Positions 10,990 to 21,006 are shown, counted from the stretch's first letter. The stretch is DNA of 64,000 nucleotides from Acidimicrobiia bacterium (GCA_031423635.1 JANPFX010000086.1:2123-66122), one strand, 5' to 3'. The notes: generated from the letters alone by a model not told the origin. Translations and numbers: made by a program.

Positions 10990-11431
10990 GTGCTCACGGC
11001 GGCGCTGCGGGACCGGCAAAGGAGACGGCGGCGCGTGGTCGCCGCCGTCTTGGCTGTCGCGTTGTCGTTGCGGTGAGTCTCGCCATGTCGGGCGTCGCGT
11101 CGGCGTTCGATCGGGAGGCAACGCGTGTGCTCGACGCGATCGGGGGCGAGTCGTTCCTGATCGGCTTCAAGCCATCTGCGCTTTCCGGCTGCCAGCAGCA
11201 GCGCGTGGCGATCGCCCGCGCGCTGGCGAACGATCGCCGCTCGTTCCGGCTGACGAGCCGACCGTGTCCCTCGACGGCACCCAGGTCGACGTCGTCCGAT
11301 CACGTCTGTGTGACGTCGTCGGACGCGGCCGTACCGTGATCGTCGCCACCCACGACCATCGTCTTCTCGACCTCGCCGATCAGGTGATCGACCTCAGCGA
11401 GGCTGCTGTTGGCGCGCCCAGAGCCGGCTGA
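10990..11431 (+). pseudogene. Collapsed ABC transporter remnant: FtsX-like permease N-terminus joined to a LolD-like ATPase C-terminal half, with two frameshifts
   Basis: VLTAALRDRQRRRRRVVAAVLAVALS / frameshift ~11071 / LAMSGVASAFDREATRVLDAIGGESFLI, then directly FKPSALSGCQQQRVAIARALAND / frameshift ~11235 / LVPADEPTVSLD...TVIVATHDHRLLDLADQVIDL. No Walker A. Confidence 0.8.
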
Positions 11432-11453
11432 GGCGTATCAGAGGAGCGCCGAC

Positions 11454-12725
11454 TCAGAGGTGATCGGCGTCGGACACGCGCGCATGGTCGGCCGCTGCGG
11501 CCGCCGCCGCGGACGAGCCGATCTGCTGGCTGGCGCGTTGACCGATGGTGATGGCCATGGCGGCGACCGCCTGCGGGTCACGCTTGATCTGCTCGACGAT
11601 CGCCGCCCCGGCACCGGCCATCAGCGTCGCCTGGTTCGCCCGAACGTGGTCGGCAGAAGCCCGCATCGAACGGAGCGCGCCGGTGACTTCCGGGATGACA
11701 TAGCGGGCGAACAGGTCCCAGGAGCGGCGCGTTGCTTCCGCGTCGGCCCAGTCGTGGGCGAACCCGAGGACGGTGCCGAAGCCCCCGGTGAGCTCGTGGA
11801 GCTTCAGGATCGCTTCGACCATCTCGTCAGGCGTCCCGATGATCGCAGCGCCGCTTTCGCTCCCGCCGTTCGCAGCCGTCATGTCGAGCAACTTCCACTT
11901 GTCGTCGACGTGGACGGAGTTCGGTCGGCCGAGCACCTTCACGTTGTAGTTGTTGTTCCAGTTCTGCAATCCGTCGACCGCCTCCGTGCGGGCCTTCTCC
12001 CGGCTGGTCGCGAGGTGCCAGGACATGAGCACCCGCCAATCCGCCCGGTCAACGGTCTGGCCGTGCTCGGCCGCCGAGTCCTCGGCGAATCCCCACTGGG
12101 TGGGTAACGACTGCAGTCCTTCGGAGGAGTTCGACGCAATCGAGAGCACTCCCATCCCGTATTTCCCCGCGAGCTTCATGCCCGACGGCGAAATCGAGGA
12201 CGCCGCCGCCATCGGGATCGACTCCTGGAGCGGGAGGATCTGCAGCGCCGCGTCGTGCATCTCGAACCAATCGGTGGCCATCGTGACCCTCTCGCCGCTT
12301 AGCAGCCGCACAATCGCACCGAGCGACTCATCCTGCATGTCGCGCTGGCGGCGCGGCTCCACTCCGAGCATCGCCGCGTCGGACGGAAGGGCACCGGGGC
12401 CGGATCCGAAGATCAGGCGACCCCGGCTCTGATGATCGAGTTGGACGAGTCGTTGGGCAACCGTGAAGGGGTGGTGGTAGGGCAGCGAGATGACGCCCGT
12501 GCCCAGGCGAATGCGATGGGTTCGCTCGGCCGCGGCTGCGAGGAACAGTTCGGGGCTGGCGATCATCTCCCAACCGGTCGAGTGATGCTCCCCGCACCAG
12601 AACTCGTCGAAGCCGAGTTGGTCGAGCATTTCGGCGAACGCCAGGTCACGGCGCAGCAGGAGCGTCGGCGACTCTCCGAGCGGATGATGCGGCGCGAGGA
12701 ACGCGCCGAAACGAAGGCGAGGCAT
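11454..12725 (-). CDS. LLM-class flavin-dependent monooxygenase (limonene 1,2-monooxygenase-like subfamily)
   Basis: RFGAFLAPHH, GFDEFWCGEHHSTGWE, IRLGTGVISLPYHHP, FGSGPGALPSDA. Confidence 0.88.
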   Translation of the reverse strand: MPRLRFGAFLAPHHPLGESPTLLLRRDLAFAEMLDQLGFDEFWCGEHHSTGWEMIASPELFLAAAAERTHRIRLGTGVISLPYHHPFTVAQRLVQLDHQSRGRLIFGSGPGALPSDAAMLGVEPRRQRDMQDESLGAIVRLLSGERVTMATDWFEMHDAALQILPLQESIPMAAASSISPSGMKLAGKYGMGVLSIASNSSEGLQSLPTQWGFAEDSAAEHGQTVDRADWRVLMSWHLATSREKARTEAVDGLQNWNNNYNVKVLGRPNSVHVDDKWKLLDMTAANGGSESGAAIIGTPDEMVEAILKLHELTGGFGTVLGFAHDWADAEATRRSWDLFARYVIPEVTGALRSMRASADHVRANQATLMAGAGAAIVEQIKRDPQAVAAMAITIGQRASQQIGSSAAAAAAADHARVSDADHL

Positions 12726-12813
12726 TTCGTCAACGGTATCGGTGCGCCGAGTTCTCTACGTATCGCGCCCGATCCGACAGGACCGGCGTCCACGGTTCGC
12801 TACGGTTCGCTTC

Positions 12814-13725
12814 GTGCTTCCGTACGACCCGTTCAGCTCGGTGCGCGCGGACCGCTGGTCGATCGGCCTGCGTCCGGTCGGACTTGACGAATGGCTTGTG
12901 CGTGACGGCGACCTGGAGGCCCAACTGGCCGAGAAGCAGCGTCTTCTCGCTGTCGCCCACGAGGCATGCGTGGCTTCGATCGGCGGCGCCGCCGTCGAGG
13001 AGGCGTGCACCGAGGCGGCCGAGTTGATCGCGGCCGCAATCGGCGAACCACGCTTGCCTCTCGGTGACGGAATCGCGGCCCTCGAGGAGGTGGCCCGGTT
13101 GGTCGCAGAGGATCTCGTGATCATGTTGCCGCCAGCGGCGGACACCGATGGCGGGTATGTGCTCGGCGCCGCCTTGGTCTGTTTTCCGACCCGCTGGCTT
13201 CTGGCGGACAAGATCGGGCGATCGATGCGGACGGTCCATGGGCCGGTCCCGGGCTACGAGTCGCAGATCGGCCGGTCGACGAACCGGGTCTTCGATGCCC
13301 TTGACAGCCGTGTGGTCACTCGGTCGAACTGGTCGCTGCTCGACGCAGGCGAGCTCCATCAGCCAAGGGCATGTCATGTTCTGGTCGATGACCCGGCCCG
13401 GGGCGCGGCGAACGTGTCCGAGCGGGTGTGGGTCCGAACCGAACGCCAGACGCTGCGTCGACTGACCCGAACGGGCGCCGTGCTCTTCACGATCCGGGTC
13501 TTCCAGTGCCGCCTCGATGAGCTCCAAGCCTCGCTCCATCCGTCTTTGCTCGACGCCCTCGAACGGGTCCACAACGACATGCGTACCTATAAAGGATTGG
13601 ACGCGCTCGACGGCGCGGTGACTGGTTGGCTCCGGGACCGCCTCAATGACCAAGCAGTGTCAAGCGGTGTCGATGCGAGAGAGCAAGCGACGACCGAGCG
13701 CAAGGCCCAGGGCGCAGGCGACTGA
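12814..13725 (+). CDS. DUF3445 / heme-dependent oxidative N-demethylase alpha-subunit family protein
   Basis: EDLVIM, VCFPTRWLLADKIG, VHGPVPGY, RSNWS, RTERQTLRRL, LFTIR. Start GTG 12814 chosen from TACGGT 7 nt upstream. Confidence 0.85.
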   Translation: MLPYDPFSSVRADRWSIGLRPVGLDEWLVRDGDLEAQLAEKQRLLAVAHEACVASIGGAAVEEACTEAAELIAAAIGEPRLPLGDGIAALEEVARLVAEDLVIMLPPAADTDGGYVLGAALVCFPTRWLLADKIGRSMRTVHGPVPGYESQIGRSTNRVFDALDSRVVTRSNWSLLDAGELHQPRACHVLVDDPARGAANVSERVWVRTERQTLRRLTRTGAVLFTIRVFQCRLDELQASLHPSLLDALERVHNDMRTYKGLDALDGAVTGWLRDRLNDQAVSSGVDAREQATTERKAQGAGD

Positions 13726-14385
13726 AGCTCCGATTACGGCTCCGAGCGACGAGGTGGCGAACTTGATCCTCACGTCGGCATCCCCCGAGAACACGCGGAG
13801 CAGCGACGACGTATACGTCCGGACGGCGATTCGTGACAGGCCGGTGCCCGCCTGTCCGATCGAGCCCTCCCACAACAGGATGTAGCCGAGGCCCCAGGCC
13901 AGCGAGCGCGTGGTTCGCAGACCGAGTGCGACGAAGAGCGCCGAGTAGGCGAGCACCCCGAGCGCAGAGCTCGAGGCGGTGCCGACGACGAACGCCGATC
14001 CGACCCTCGTGAGGGCGCTGGCGAGGACGAGGGGGAGGGTGGCGAAGACGAAACCGGTGAGCGACGCGGTGATCCACGAGCTGAGCACCAGGCTCCACCG
14101 CGAGATCGGCCGGAGCCACAGGTGGACAAGCGTGCCATCCTCGTTCGGATCGCCGAGCGCGGCCGATCCGAACACCAGACTGACGATCGGCACAAGCCCG
14201 GCGAGCCCGACGCTCCGGATGAGTTGGAACGCTGCGGTCGGTGGATCGTCGGCGCCGGCAGTGATCACCGCGAGAAGCACGACGACAGCGCCGAGCACGC
14301 CGAGCGACCACACCCGTCCACGGGTGAGCAGCAACCGCCGCTGCATGCGTACCAGCGTGGCAATCTCGCCGAACATCGCTGTCAC
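13660..14385 (-). CDS. ABC-2 type transporter permease
   Basis: About 6 TM; EDGTLVHLWLRPISR motif; GTG overlaps the upstream stop. 3' end overlaps the convergent DUF3445 gene by 66 bp. Confidence 0.85.
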   Translation of the reverse strand: MTAMFGEIATLVRMQRRLLLTRGRVWSLGVLGAVVVLLAVITAGADDPPTAAFQLIRSVGLAGLVPIVSLVFGSAALGDPNEDGTLVHLWLRPISRWSLVLSSWITASLTGFVFATLPLVLASALTRVGSAFVVGTASSSALGVLAYSALFVALGLRTTRSLAWGLGYILLWEGSIGQAGTGLSRIAVRTYTSSLLRVFSGDADVRIKFATSSLGAVIGASVACALGLALGRRLLSRIDTA

Positions 14386-15332
14386 CATCTGCGGCTGACG
14401 AGGTAGCGGAACACCGATTCGAGGTCTTCGTCGAGGGGCTCGATAGCCTCGACCCGCGCGTTCACCGATTGGGCGACGGCGAGCACGGCACGTCGGAACG
14501 CCGTCACGTCGGTCACGTCGACGACAAGTCCACTCTCGTCGACCCTCGCGCCGACCACAGCGCCGGTGGTGAGAAGAGCCCCGGCCAGGGCCCTGGCCGG
14601 CGTGGCGAGGATCCGTACCTGGTGTGGACGGTCGTCCATCAGCGCACGAATGGTGTGGAAGTCGCCCTCGGCGGCGAGGCGGCCCTCGGCGATCACGATC
14701 ACCCGCGAGCCGAATCGTTCGACTTCCTCGAGAATGTGGCTGGTGATCACGACGGTCCGGCCTTTTGCTCCGAGCCCCGAGAACAATTCGATCATACGAA
14801 GACGCTGTCGTGGGTCGAGTCCGTTGAGCGGTTCGTCCAACACGACCAGCTGCGGGTTGTGGACGATTGCCGAGGCGATCTTCACCCGTTGACGCATGCC
14901 CTTGGAGTACATCCGCAGTGGGCGCGTGTCGTTCGGGTCGAGTTCGACCTCGGCCAGCACGCCGGCCGCCGATGTGTCCGCGGCCTCCAGCCCGCTGAGC
15001 GAGGCCATGGTCCGCACGAAGTCGCGGGCGGTAATGGGTTCGAAAACGCTGTCCTGCTGAGGAACGAGTCCGATGTGCCGGTACAGCTCCGGTTCGCCGC
15101 GGGGAGGGTGTCCGAGAACGGTGATCGAGCCCTTGGACGGTGTCGTAAGTCCACAGAGCAACCTCATGACTGTCGATTTCCCGGCGCCGTTGGGACCGAG
15201 CAGGGCGGTGACGCCGGGCCATACCGAGAAGCTGACATCGGACACGGCCACGACGGCGCCGAACCACTTGGACACGTTGTCGAACGTGATGGTCGGGGCG
15301 GCCGCCGCAGCGTCGGGCTCGATGGCGCTCAA
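14382..15332 (-). CDS. ABC transporter ATP-binding protein
   Basis: GPNGAGKS, YSKGMRQR, VLDEPLNGLDP, ITSH; TTG start overlaps the permease stop. Confidence 0.92.
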   Translation of the reverse strand: MSAIEPDAAAAAPTITFDNVSKWFGAVVAVSDVSFSVWPGVTALLGPNGAGKSTVMRLLCGLTTPSKGSITVLGHPPRGEPELYRHIGLVPQQDSVFEPITARDFVRTMASLSGLEAADTSAAGVLAEVELDPNDTRPLRMYSKGMRQRVKIASAIVHNPQLVVLDEPLNGLDPRQRLRMIELFSGLGAKGRTVVITSHILEEVERFGSRVIVIAEGRLAAEGDFHTIRALMDDRPHQVRILATPARALAGALLTTGAVVGARVDESGLVVDVTDVTAFRRAVLAVAQSVNARVEAIEPLDEDLESVFRYLVSRRW

Positions 15333-16201
15333 CGCGTCACCTCCAGGCTGCGATAGCGCCAGAGCACGATGCCCCCGAACAGGGCCGCCCATCCGAGGAG
15401 CACGAGGCCGAGGAGCGCCGTCGGGATGGACGGGTGATCGCCGACATTGCCGAACACCCGCCGGACGAACTCGAACGGCACGGTGAAGACGTTCAACAGA
15501 ATCGCGTTGTGGTTGTCGGTCGAGTGGTACAACGCCGAGGAAACGGCGCCACCGACGACGAAGACGAGCACTATGGCTGATGACGCGAAGCCCTTTCGAT
15601 CGGTGAGGGACGAGGCGGCGAGCGCGAGAAGGGCGAAGAAGGTGGCGAGCATGAGGCCGCATGCGATGATCCTCGCGATCGTGACGCCGAGTTCGCCTGA
15701 TGACGGGCCCTGGCCCTGCAGCGATCGACCGACGACCATGAGCAGCGGCGGGAACAGCGTGACGAAGCACAGCGCGCCTGCGACCGCGATGAACTTGGCG
15801 GCGAGGTACGTGGTCCGTGTGAGCGGGGAGGACAGGTAGACCCCCATGACGCGGAAGCGGCGATCCGGGCAGAGTGCTTCGGGCGCGGCGAACGCGATGA
15901 ACAGCAGGATGGCCGAAATGACGAACCCGTAGTACTCCCAGACCTGCGGAATGCTGGCTGCCGAGATCTGCTTCGGCACGATCACGCCGATGCCGATGAA
16001 CACGACTGCCGGGAGGTAGGCGATGCCGACGACGATGAACGGTAGGGCCTTGGCTCGGGCCCCGCGGCGAAGTCCGAGTATCCGACCGAAGGTGTAGCGC
16101 ACCGTGGTTCGGATCGCACCTGCTGGACCCGTTCGCTCGCCGTCGAAGTGGCGGTAGCCGCGATCGTGAATGCGGGTGTCGCCCGACGCACCTGTCGTCA
16201 T
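15329..16201 (-). CDS. ABC-2 type transporter permease
   Basis: IHDRGYRHFDG N-terminus, about 6 TM, YLSSPLTRTTYLAAK. Confidence 0.88.
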   Translation of the reverse strand: MTTGASGDTRIHDRGYRHFDGERTGPAGAIRTTVRYTFGRILGLRRGARAKALPFIVVGIAYLPAVVFIGIGVIVPKQISAASIPQVWEYYGFVISAILLFIAFAAPEALCPDRRFRVMGVYLSSPLTRTTYLAAKFIAVAGALCFVTLFPPLLMVVGRSLQGQGPSSGELGVTIARIIACGLMLATFFALLALAASSLTDRKGFASSAIVLVFVVGGAVSSALYHSTDNHNAILLNVFTVPFEFVRRVFGNVGDHPSIPTALLGLVLLGWAALFGGIVLWRYRSLEVTR

Positions 16202-17223
16202 CGGTCCGTTCCCTGCCGACCTGATGTGAGGTCGGCGCTCGCCTCGAGAAAGGCGTCAGCGAGTGTGCGTCGGGTTCGGGATAGGGAGCGAACGGGCGCG
16301 TCGACGCGCACGAGGGCGTCCCGCAACCGATCGAACGTCGTGTCATCGCGATAGCCGACTCGAACGACCGACCCCGAAGCCTCGACGACCTCGAGCCCGC
16401 TGGCGCTCAGTACATGGGCGACATCAGCGAGCCATGCGGCCGAGCCGTCCGGGCTGGCCAAGTCGACGGAGATCTCGTTTCCCTGCTCCTGGAGATCGGC
16501 CATGACCGCGTCGGTGGTGGCCCGGCCGTTCGCCAGTATCACGACGTTCTCGCAGGTGCGTTCGACCTCTTCGAGCAGGTGCGAGGAGACCACGACGTTG
16601 AGGCCGAGCACCGTTCCGCAGCGGCGGATGAGCGCAAGCATCTGTTCGCGCTGAACGGGATCAAGTCCGTTCGTCGGTTCGTCGAGAAGCACGAGCGACG
16701 GGTCGTGGACGATCGCCTGGGCGAGTTTGACGCGCTGCTTCTGCCCTGTCGACATCGTGCCGATGGGCCGGAATCGCTCCTCTCCGAGTCCTACCTCGAA
16801 CAGCGCATCGCTGGCCCGTCCGATCGCCTCCCGGCTGGGAATGCCGTGGAGTTCGCCAACATGGCGCACGAAGTCATGGGCCCGGGAGTCGACGGGGAGC
16901 GCGTCATGCTCGGGCGAATAGCCGATGCGGGCGCGGACCTCAGGGCCATTGCGGATCGGGTCGAGGCCGAACACCTGCAGCTGTCCTTCGTCTCCTTCGT
17001 GAAAGCCGAGGACCATGCCGAAGAACGTGGTCTTCCCCGCCCCATTGGCCCCGAGCAGACCGGTAACGCCGCTGCCGATGTGGAAGCTGGCGCGGTCGAG
17101 AACGGTGTTCGCCCCCCACCGCTTGACCAGACCGCTGGCCACGATGACACCGGCCGGAGCGACGACGGTGACGTGTGGTGCCCGCTCACCCCGCGAAGGG
17201 TCGCCCGTCCCGTCGCCGCCCAT
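16198..17223 (-). CDS. ABC transporter ATP-binding protein
   Basis: GANGAGKT, MSTGQKQR, LLDEPTNGLDP, SSH; ATG 17223 has TACGCT 7 nt upstream. Confidence 0.92.
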   Translation of the reverse strand: MGGDGTGDPSRGERAPHVTVVAPAGVIVASGLVKRWGANTVLDRASFHIGSGVTGLLGANGAGKTTFFGMVLGFHEGDEGQLQVFGLDPIRNGPEVRARIGYSPEHDALPVDSRAHDFVRHVGELHGIPSREAIGRASDALFEVGLGEERFRPIGTMSTGQKQRVKLAQAIVHDPSLVLLDEPTNGLDPVQREQMLALIRRCGTVLGLNVVVSSHLLEEVERTCENVVILANGRATTDAVMADLQEQGNEISVDLASPDGSAAWLADVAHVLSASGLEVVEASGSVVRVGYRDDTTFDRLRDALVRVDAPVRSLSRTRRTLADAFLEASADLTSGRQGTDR

Positions 17224-17284
17224 GGCCGTCAGCGTAGGGCCTGACGTTGGAGGCACCGGCCGGTGAACGCGCAAGACTGCTCGG

Positions 17285-18421
17285 ATGGCCTCGCACCCCT
17301 TCTACAGCCCCGAGCACCTCGAGTACCGGCGGGTCCTCGATCAGTTCGTCGCGAAGGAGGTCGCCCCGTTCGCCCATAAGTGGGACGACGCCGAGGAGTT
17401 TCCCCGCGAGCTCTACCTGAAGTTCGGCGAGCTGGGCATGCTCGGCGCCGGTTTCCCGGAGGAAGTCGGCGGCATCGGAACCGACGCGTTCCTCCGGGTG
17501 ATCATCCAGCAGGCCCTTGCCATGGGCGGATCCGGCGGTGTGTCGGCGGGCCTGATCTCGTCGTACATCTCGATGCCCGTGGTCGCCCACTACGGCACCG
17601 AGGAGCAGAAGAAGATCCTGCCCGATGTGCTGGCGGGACGGAAGATCGCTGCGCTGGCCGTCACAGAGCCGAGCGGCGGATCCGACGTCGCCGGGTTGCA
17701 GACCACCGCACGCAGAGACGGCGACCACTACATCGTGAACGGCTCGAAGACCTTCATCACGAGTGGGATGCGCGCTGATTGGATCACCACGGCGGTCCGC
17801 ACGGGCGGCCCCGGGCGAGGTGGCATCTCGGTGCTTCTGGTCCCCGGTGACGCACCGGGCCTCACCCGGACCCCGCTCAAGAAGATGGGCTGGTGGTCGA
17901 GCGACACGGCAACCCTCTACTTCGACGATTGCCTCGTCCCCGTCGCCAACCTGATCGGTGCCGAGAACGACGGCTGGGCGGCGATCATGGGCAACTTCAA
18001 CTATGAGCGCCTCGATCTGATCGCACAGTCGCTGGCATTCGCCCAGCTCTGCATCAACGAATCCATTACGTATGCCCAGGCACGGGAGACGTTCGGCAAG
18101 CCGCTCATCAGCAACCAGGTGATCCGCCACAAGATCGTCGACATGAGCAGGAAGGTGAACTCCTGCCAGGCCTGGATGGAGTCGCTCGCCTGGCAGCTCA
18201 ACAACGGCGCAAGCCCGGCCGGCGAGATCGCGCAGTGCAAGGTGGAGGCCACCACCACGTTCGAGTACTGCGCCCGCGAGGCGGTGCAGATCTTCGGTGG
18301 GGCCGGGTACCTTCGAGGAGCGGTCGTGGAGCGTCTGTACCGGGAAGTCCGGGTGCAGGCCATCGGGGGTGGCAGCGAAGAGATCCTGAAGGACTTGGCG
18401 GCCAAGCAACTCGGGTTGTGA
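17285..18421 (+). CDS. Acyl-CoA dehydrogenase
   Basis: AVTEPSGGSDVAG, NGSKTFITSG, FGKPLISNQVIRHK, VQIFGGAGY, IGGGSEEI. Confidence 0.95.
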   Translation: MASHPFYSPEHLEYRRVLDQFVAKEVAPFAHKWDDAEEFPRELYLKFGELGMLGAGFPEEVGGIGTDAFLRVIIQQALAMGGSGGVSAGLISSYISMPVVAHYGTEEQKKILPDVLAGRKIAALAVTEPSGGSDVAGLQTTARRDGDHYIVNGSKTFITSGMRADWITTAVRTGGPGRGGISVLLVPGDAPGLTRTPLKKMGWWSSDTATLYFDDCLVPVANLIGAENDGWAAIMGNFNYERLDLIAQSLAFAQLCINESITYAQARETFGKPLISNQVIRHKIVDMSRKVNSCQAWMESLAWQLNNGASPAGEIAQCKVEATTTFEYCAREAVQIFGGAGYLRGAVVERLYREVRVQAIGGGSEEILKDLAAKQLGL

Positions 18422-18477
18422 GCGCCGTTTGCGAATAGGCCGGTGAATGGCGCAACAGTGGAGGAGGGGAGGGAACG

Positions 18478-20034
18478 ATGAATCACGAACACGTCCGCGA
18501 CGTGCTCGACCGGACGGCGACCCGTCCGCTCGTGCAGCGATTGCTCTCCGAGGAACCCGACGCCGACGACCGCGACGAGATCGAGCGCACCCTCATCGCA
18601 CTGGACGACGTCCGGGCGGTCCTTCCGCTGCAGGGGGCGGGGGAGAACCCGTTGCTCTCGCCGATCGTGCGCATCAGTGCCCTGAACGTGATCACCTCCA
18701 TGCTCGGCGCCACGGTTCTGCCGATCCGGGAATGGTGGTCGGGCGACGACCCTGTGCTGCGCTTCGCCGCCGCAAGCGTCCTCCCGCATCGTGAGTTCGC
18801 CGATCTCGTCCGTCCGGTGCTTGCCGATCCACGGCATCCGCTGCTCGCCCGGGTGCTGGGGTCGATGGACGTCGGGTTCGAAGAGGGGCACTGGCAGGAA
18901 CTGAAGATCCGGTCGCTCTCGCACGTCGACGCTGCGGTTCGCGGTGCGGCCGCCAGCGCCCTGCTGTGGGACGAACCTCTCGCCGCCCATGATGCGCTGC
19001 TCGAAGCCACCCGCGACATCGACATCGACGTCGCCATCGAGGCCGTGTCGACACTCATGTACTACCCGACCTCTGAGGTCGTCTCTGGACTCCGCTGTGT
19101 GGCCGAGTCCCCGAACGAGTTCCTGGCGGCTTCGGCCACGGCTGCGCTCGGACGGGTCCTTGCCGACATTGCCGAAGCGGTCGACGCGGCGCCGGGCTCG
19201 GTGCACTTGCGCCGCTGGTGCCACCTGCTCGGCGACCCGACCGGGCTTGGACGGTCCCAACGCTTCGACGGCCCGGAGGGCCTGGAGTCGTCGGAGACCA
19301 ATCTCGCCTCGGTCATGGCCGTCCCGGATCAACCGCTGATCTGCTGGGACCGTGACCTCGAGTGCTCTCTCCTCGACCCGAACGGTGCGTGGGAGGGAAA
19401 GTTCGCGCGCATACGGCATCTCGATGGCGAGTCGGTGGCGCTCGTCGACCGGCCTCGGGTGCTCGACGTGCTGTGCCACCATGCCGATCCGGAGATCCGC
19501 GGAGGTGCGGCGGCCCACATCGCCCACTGGGACGGAGGAGCCGATGCGTTGCTCGGATTACTCGACGACCCGATGGTCACCGTGGCGAAGGCAGCCATGC
19601 ACGCGCTGTATGACGTCCCGGATGGATCTCCGTGCCGGCGAACGATCCGCGATCGTGCGTGGCATGCCGTTGTCGACGGGACCCGGGTCGGCACACGCCT
19701 GGGCGAGGCCCTGCGGACCTTCGTCCGGCACGGCGACGCCTTCGGCCCGGATGAAGTCACGCGGCGCCTCGTCTCGTTGCTCGACGATCCCCGTGAGAGC
19801 GCCCGCACGTCCGCCATCGAACATCTGGCCAATCGGGGCGCCGCCGACGAACTCGCGGCACAGATGCATCGACTCGCCGAAGGCCCGGAGGTCACCTGGG
19901 CGGTGCACGGCACGCTCCTCGACGCCGCCCACCGTCACGGTATCTCCGTCGACCACTCGACGCTTCTTCGCCTCGTCGACGTCGACCACGCCTGGCTGAG
20001 CGGCAGCGCCGCCCGCCTGCTTCCGCTCGGCTGA
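18478..20034 (+). CDS. HEAT-repeat-like alpha-solenoid protein of unknown function
   Basis: Recurrent LSHVDAAVRGAAA, HADPEIRGGAA, LLDDPMVTVAKAA, LLDDPRESARTSAIEHL units; strong GGAGG RBS. Confidence 0.72.
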   Translation: MNHEHVRDVLDRTATRPLVQRLLSEEPDADDRDEIERTLIALDDVRAVLPLQGAGENPLLSPIVRISALNVITSMLGATVLPIREWWSGDDPVLRFAAASVLPHREFADLVRPVLADPRHPLLARVLGSMDVGFEEGHWQELKIRSLSHVDAAVRGAAASALLWDEPLAAHDALLEATRDIDIDVAIEAVSTLMYYPTSEVVSGLRCVAESPNEFLAASATAALGRVLADIAEAVDAAPGSVHLRRWCHLLGDPTGLGRSQRFDGPEGLESSETNLASVMAVPDQPLICWDRDLECSLLDPNGAWEGKFARIRHLDGESVALVDRPRVLDVLCHHADPEIRGGAAAHIAHWDGGADALLGLLDDPMVTVAKAAMHALYDVPDGSPCRRTIRDRAWHAVVDGTRVGTRLGEALRTFVRHGDAFGPDEVTRRLVSLLDDPRESARTSAIEHLANRGAADELAAQMHRLAEGPEVTWAVHGTLLDAAHRHGISVDHSTLLRLVDVDHAWLSGSAARLLPLG

Positions 20035-20060
20035 ACCCGATCCTGCGCAAGACTCTTCCC

Positions 20061-20981
20061 GTGATGTCCAGTATCCCCGCGACGGCCCCGCTCGTACCCG
20101 CAACCGTCGACGAGGTGATGGAGGGACTGCGCAGCCACGGCTACCTCCCCGACGAAGGCCTCGCCACGGTCATCTTCCTGGCCATGGTGCTTCGTCGCCC
20201 GCTTCTCCTCGAGGGCGAGGCTGGCGTCGGCAAGACGGAAGTGGCGAAGGTGCTCTCGCGCTGGACGGGCGGAGAACTGCTGCGTCTTCAGTGCTACGAA
20301 GGCATCGACCTCGCGCAGGCGGTCTATGAGTGGGACTACTCCCGCCAGCTCTTGCATCTCCGGGCAGCGGAGGTCACCGGCACTGCGGCAGACGAGGACG
20401 ACCTCTACTCCGAGCGGTTTCTGGTGCGACGTCCGCTGTTGCGGGCAATCGCCCACGGCGACGGCCCCGTGCCGGTTCTGCTCATCGACGAGGTGGATCG
20501 GGCCGACGACGAGTTCGAGGCGTTCCTGCTCGAAGTGCTCAGTGACTACTCGATCACGGTTCCCGAGCTCGGCACGTTCACGGCGACAGTGCCACCGTTG
20601 GTGATCCTCACCTCGAACCGCACTCGCGATGTTCACGACGCGCTGAAGCGCCGCTGCCTCTACCACTGGGTCGAGCATCCCGGCTTCGAGCGCGAGGTCG
20701 AGATCGTCCGCCTGCGGGCGCCGGAGGTCGAAGAGGGCCTCGCCCGCCAAGTTGCAGGGGCGGTGGAGCGCATGCGCGGCATGGAACTCTTCAAGCCGCC
20801 CGGCGTTGCGGAGACGATCGACTGGACACAGGCGCTCTCGGCGCTCGGAAGGACCGCGCTCGATGAGCGGTCGGTCGAGGCCACGCTCGGCACCGTGCTG
20901 AAGTACCGCGAGGACGCCGACAAAGTGCGCCAGCACGGTGTCGCCGATCTGGTGCGCACGGCGACCCTCCGCGGGTCGTGA
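20061..20981 (+). CDS. MoxR-family AAA+ ATPase (CoxD-like)
   Basis: [66 protein letters not shown]. Confidence 0.93.
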   Translation: MMSSIPATAPLVPATVDEVMEGLRSHGYLPDEGLATVIFLAMVLRRPLLLEGEAGVGKTEVAKVLSRWTGGELLRLQCYEGIDLAQAVYEWDYSRQLLHLRAAEVTGTAADEDDLYSERFLVRRPLLRAIAHGDGPVPVLLIDEVDRADDEFEAFLLEVLSDYSITVPELGTFTATVPPLVILTSNRTRDVHDALKRRCLYHWVEHPGFEREVEIVRLRAPEVEEGLARQVAGAVERMRGMELFKPPGVAETIDWTQALSALGRTALDERSVEATLGTVLKYREDADKVRQHGVADLVRTATLRGS

Positions 20982-21006
20982 GCGTCTCGGAGGAGGCGGG
21001 GCGTAG

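Noticed and set aside
13660-13725. 66-bp convergent overlap as antisense regulation
   Set aside because: Short tail-to-tail overlaps are common in high-GC genomes and the DUF3445 tail looks like unconserved run-on.
14382-16346. 654-aa ABC ATPase with a long N-terminal extension (likewise extended ORFs 13660-15267, 24622-25914, 45451-46791, 52761-54299)
   Set aside because: The extensions overlap upstream genes in another frame; the true starts lie at the stop-start overlaps or nearby.
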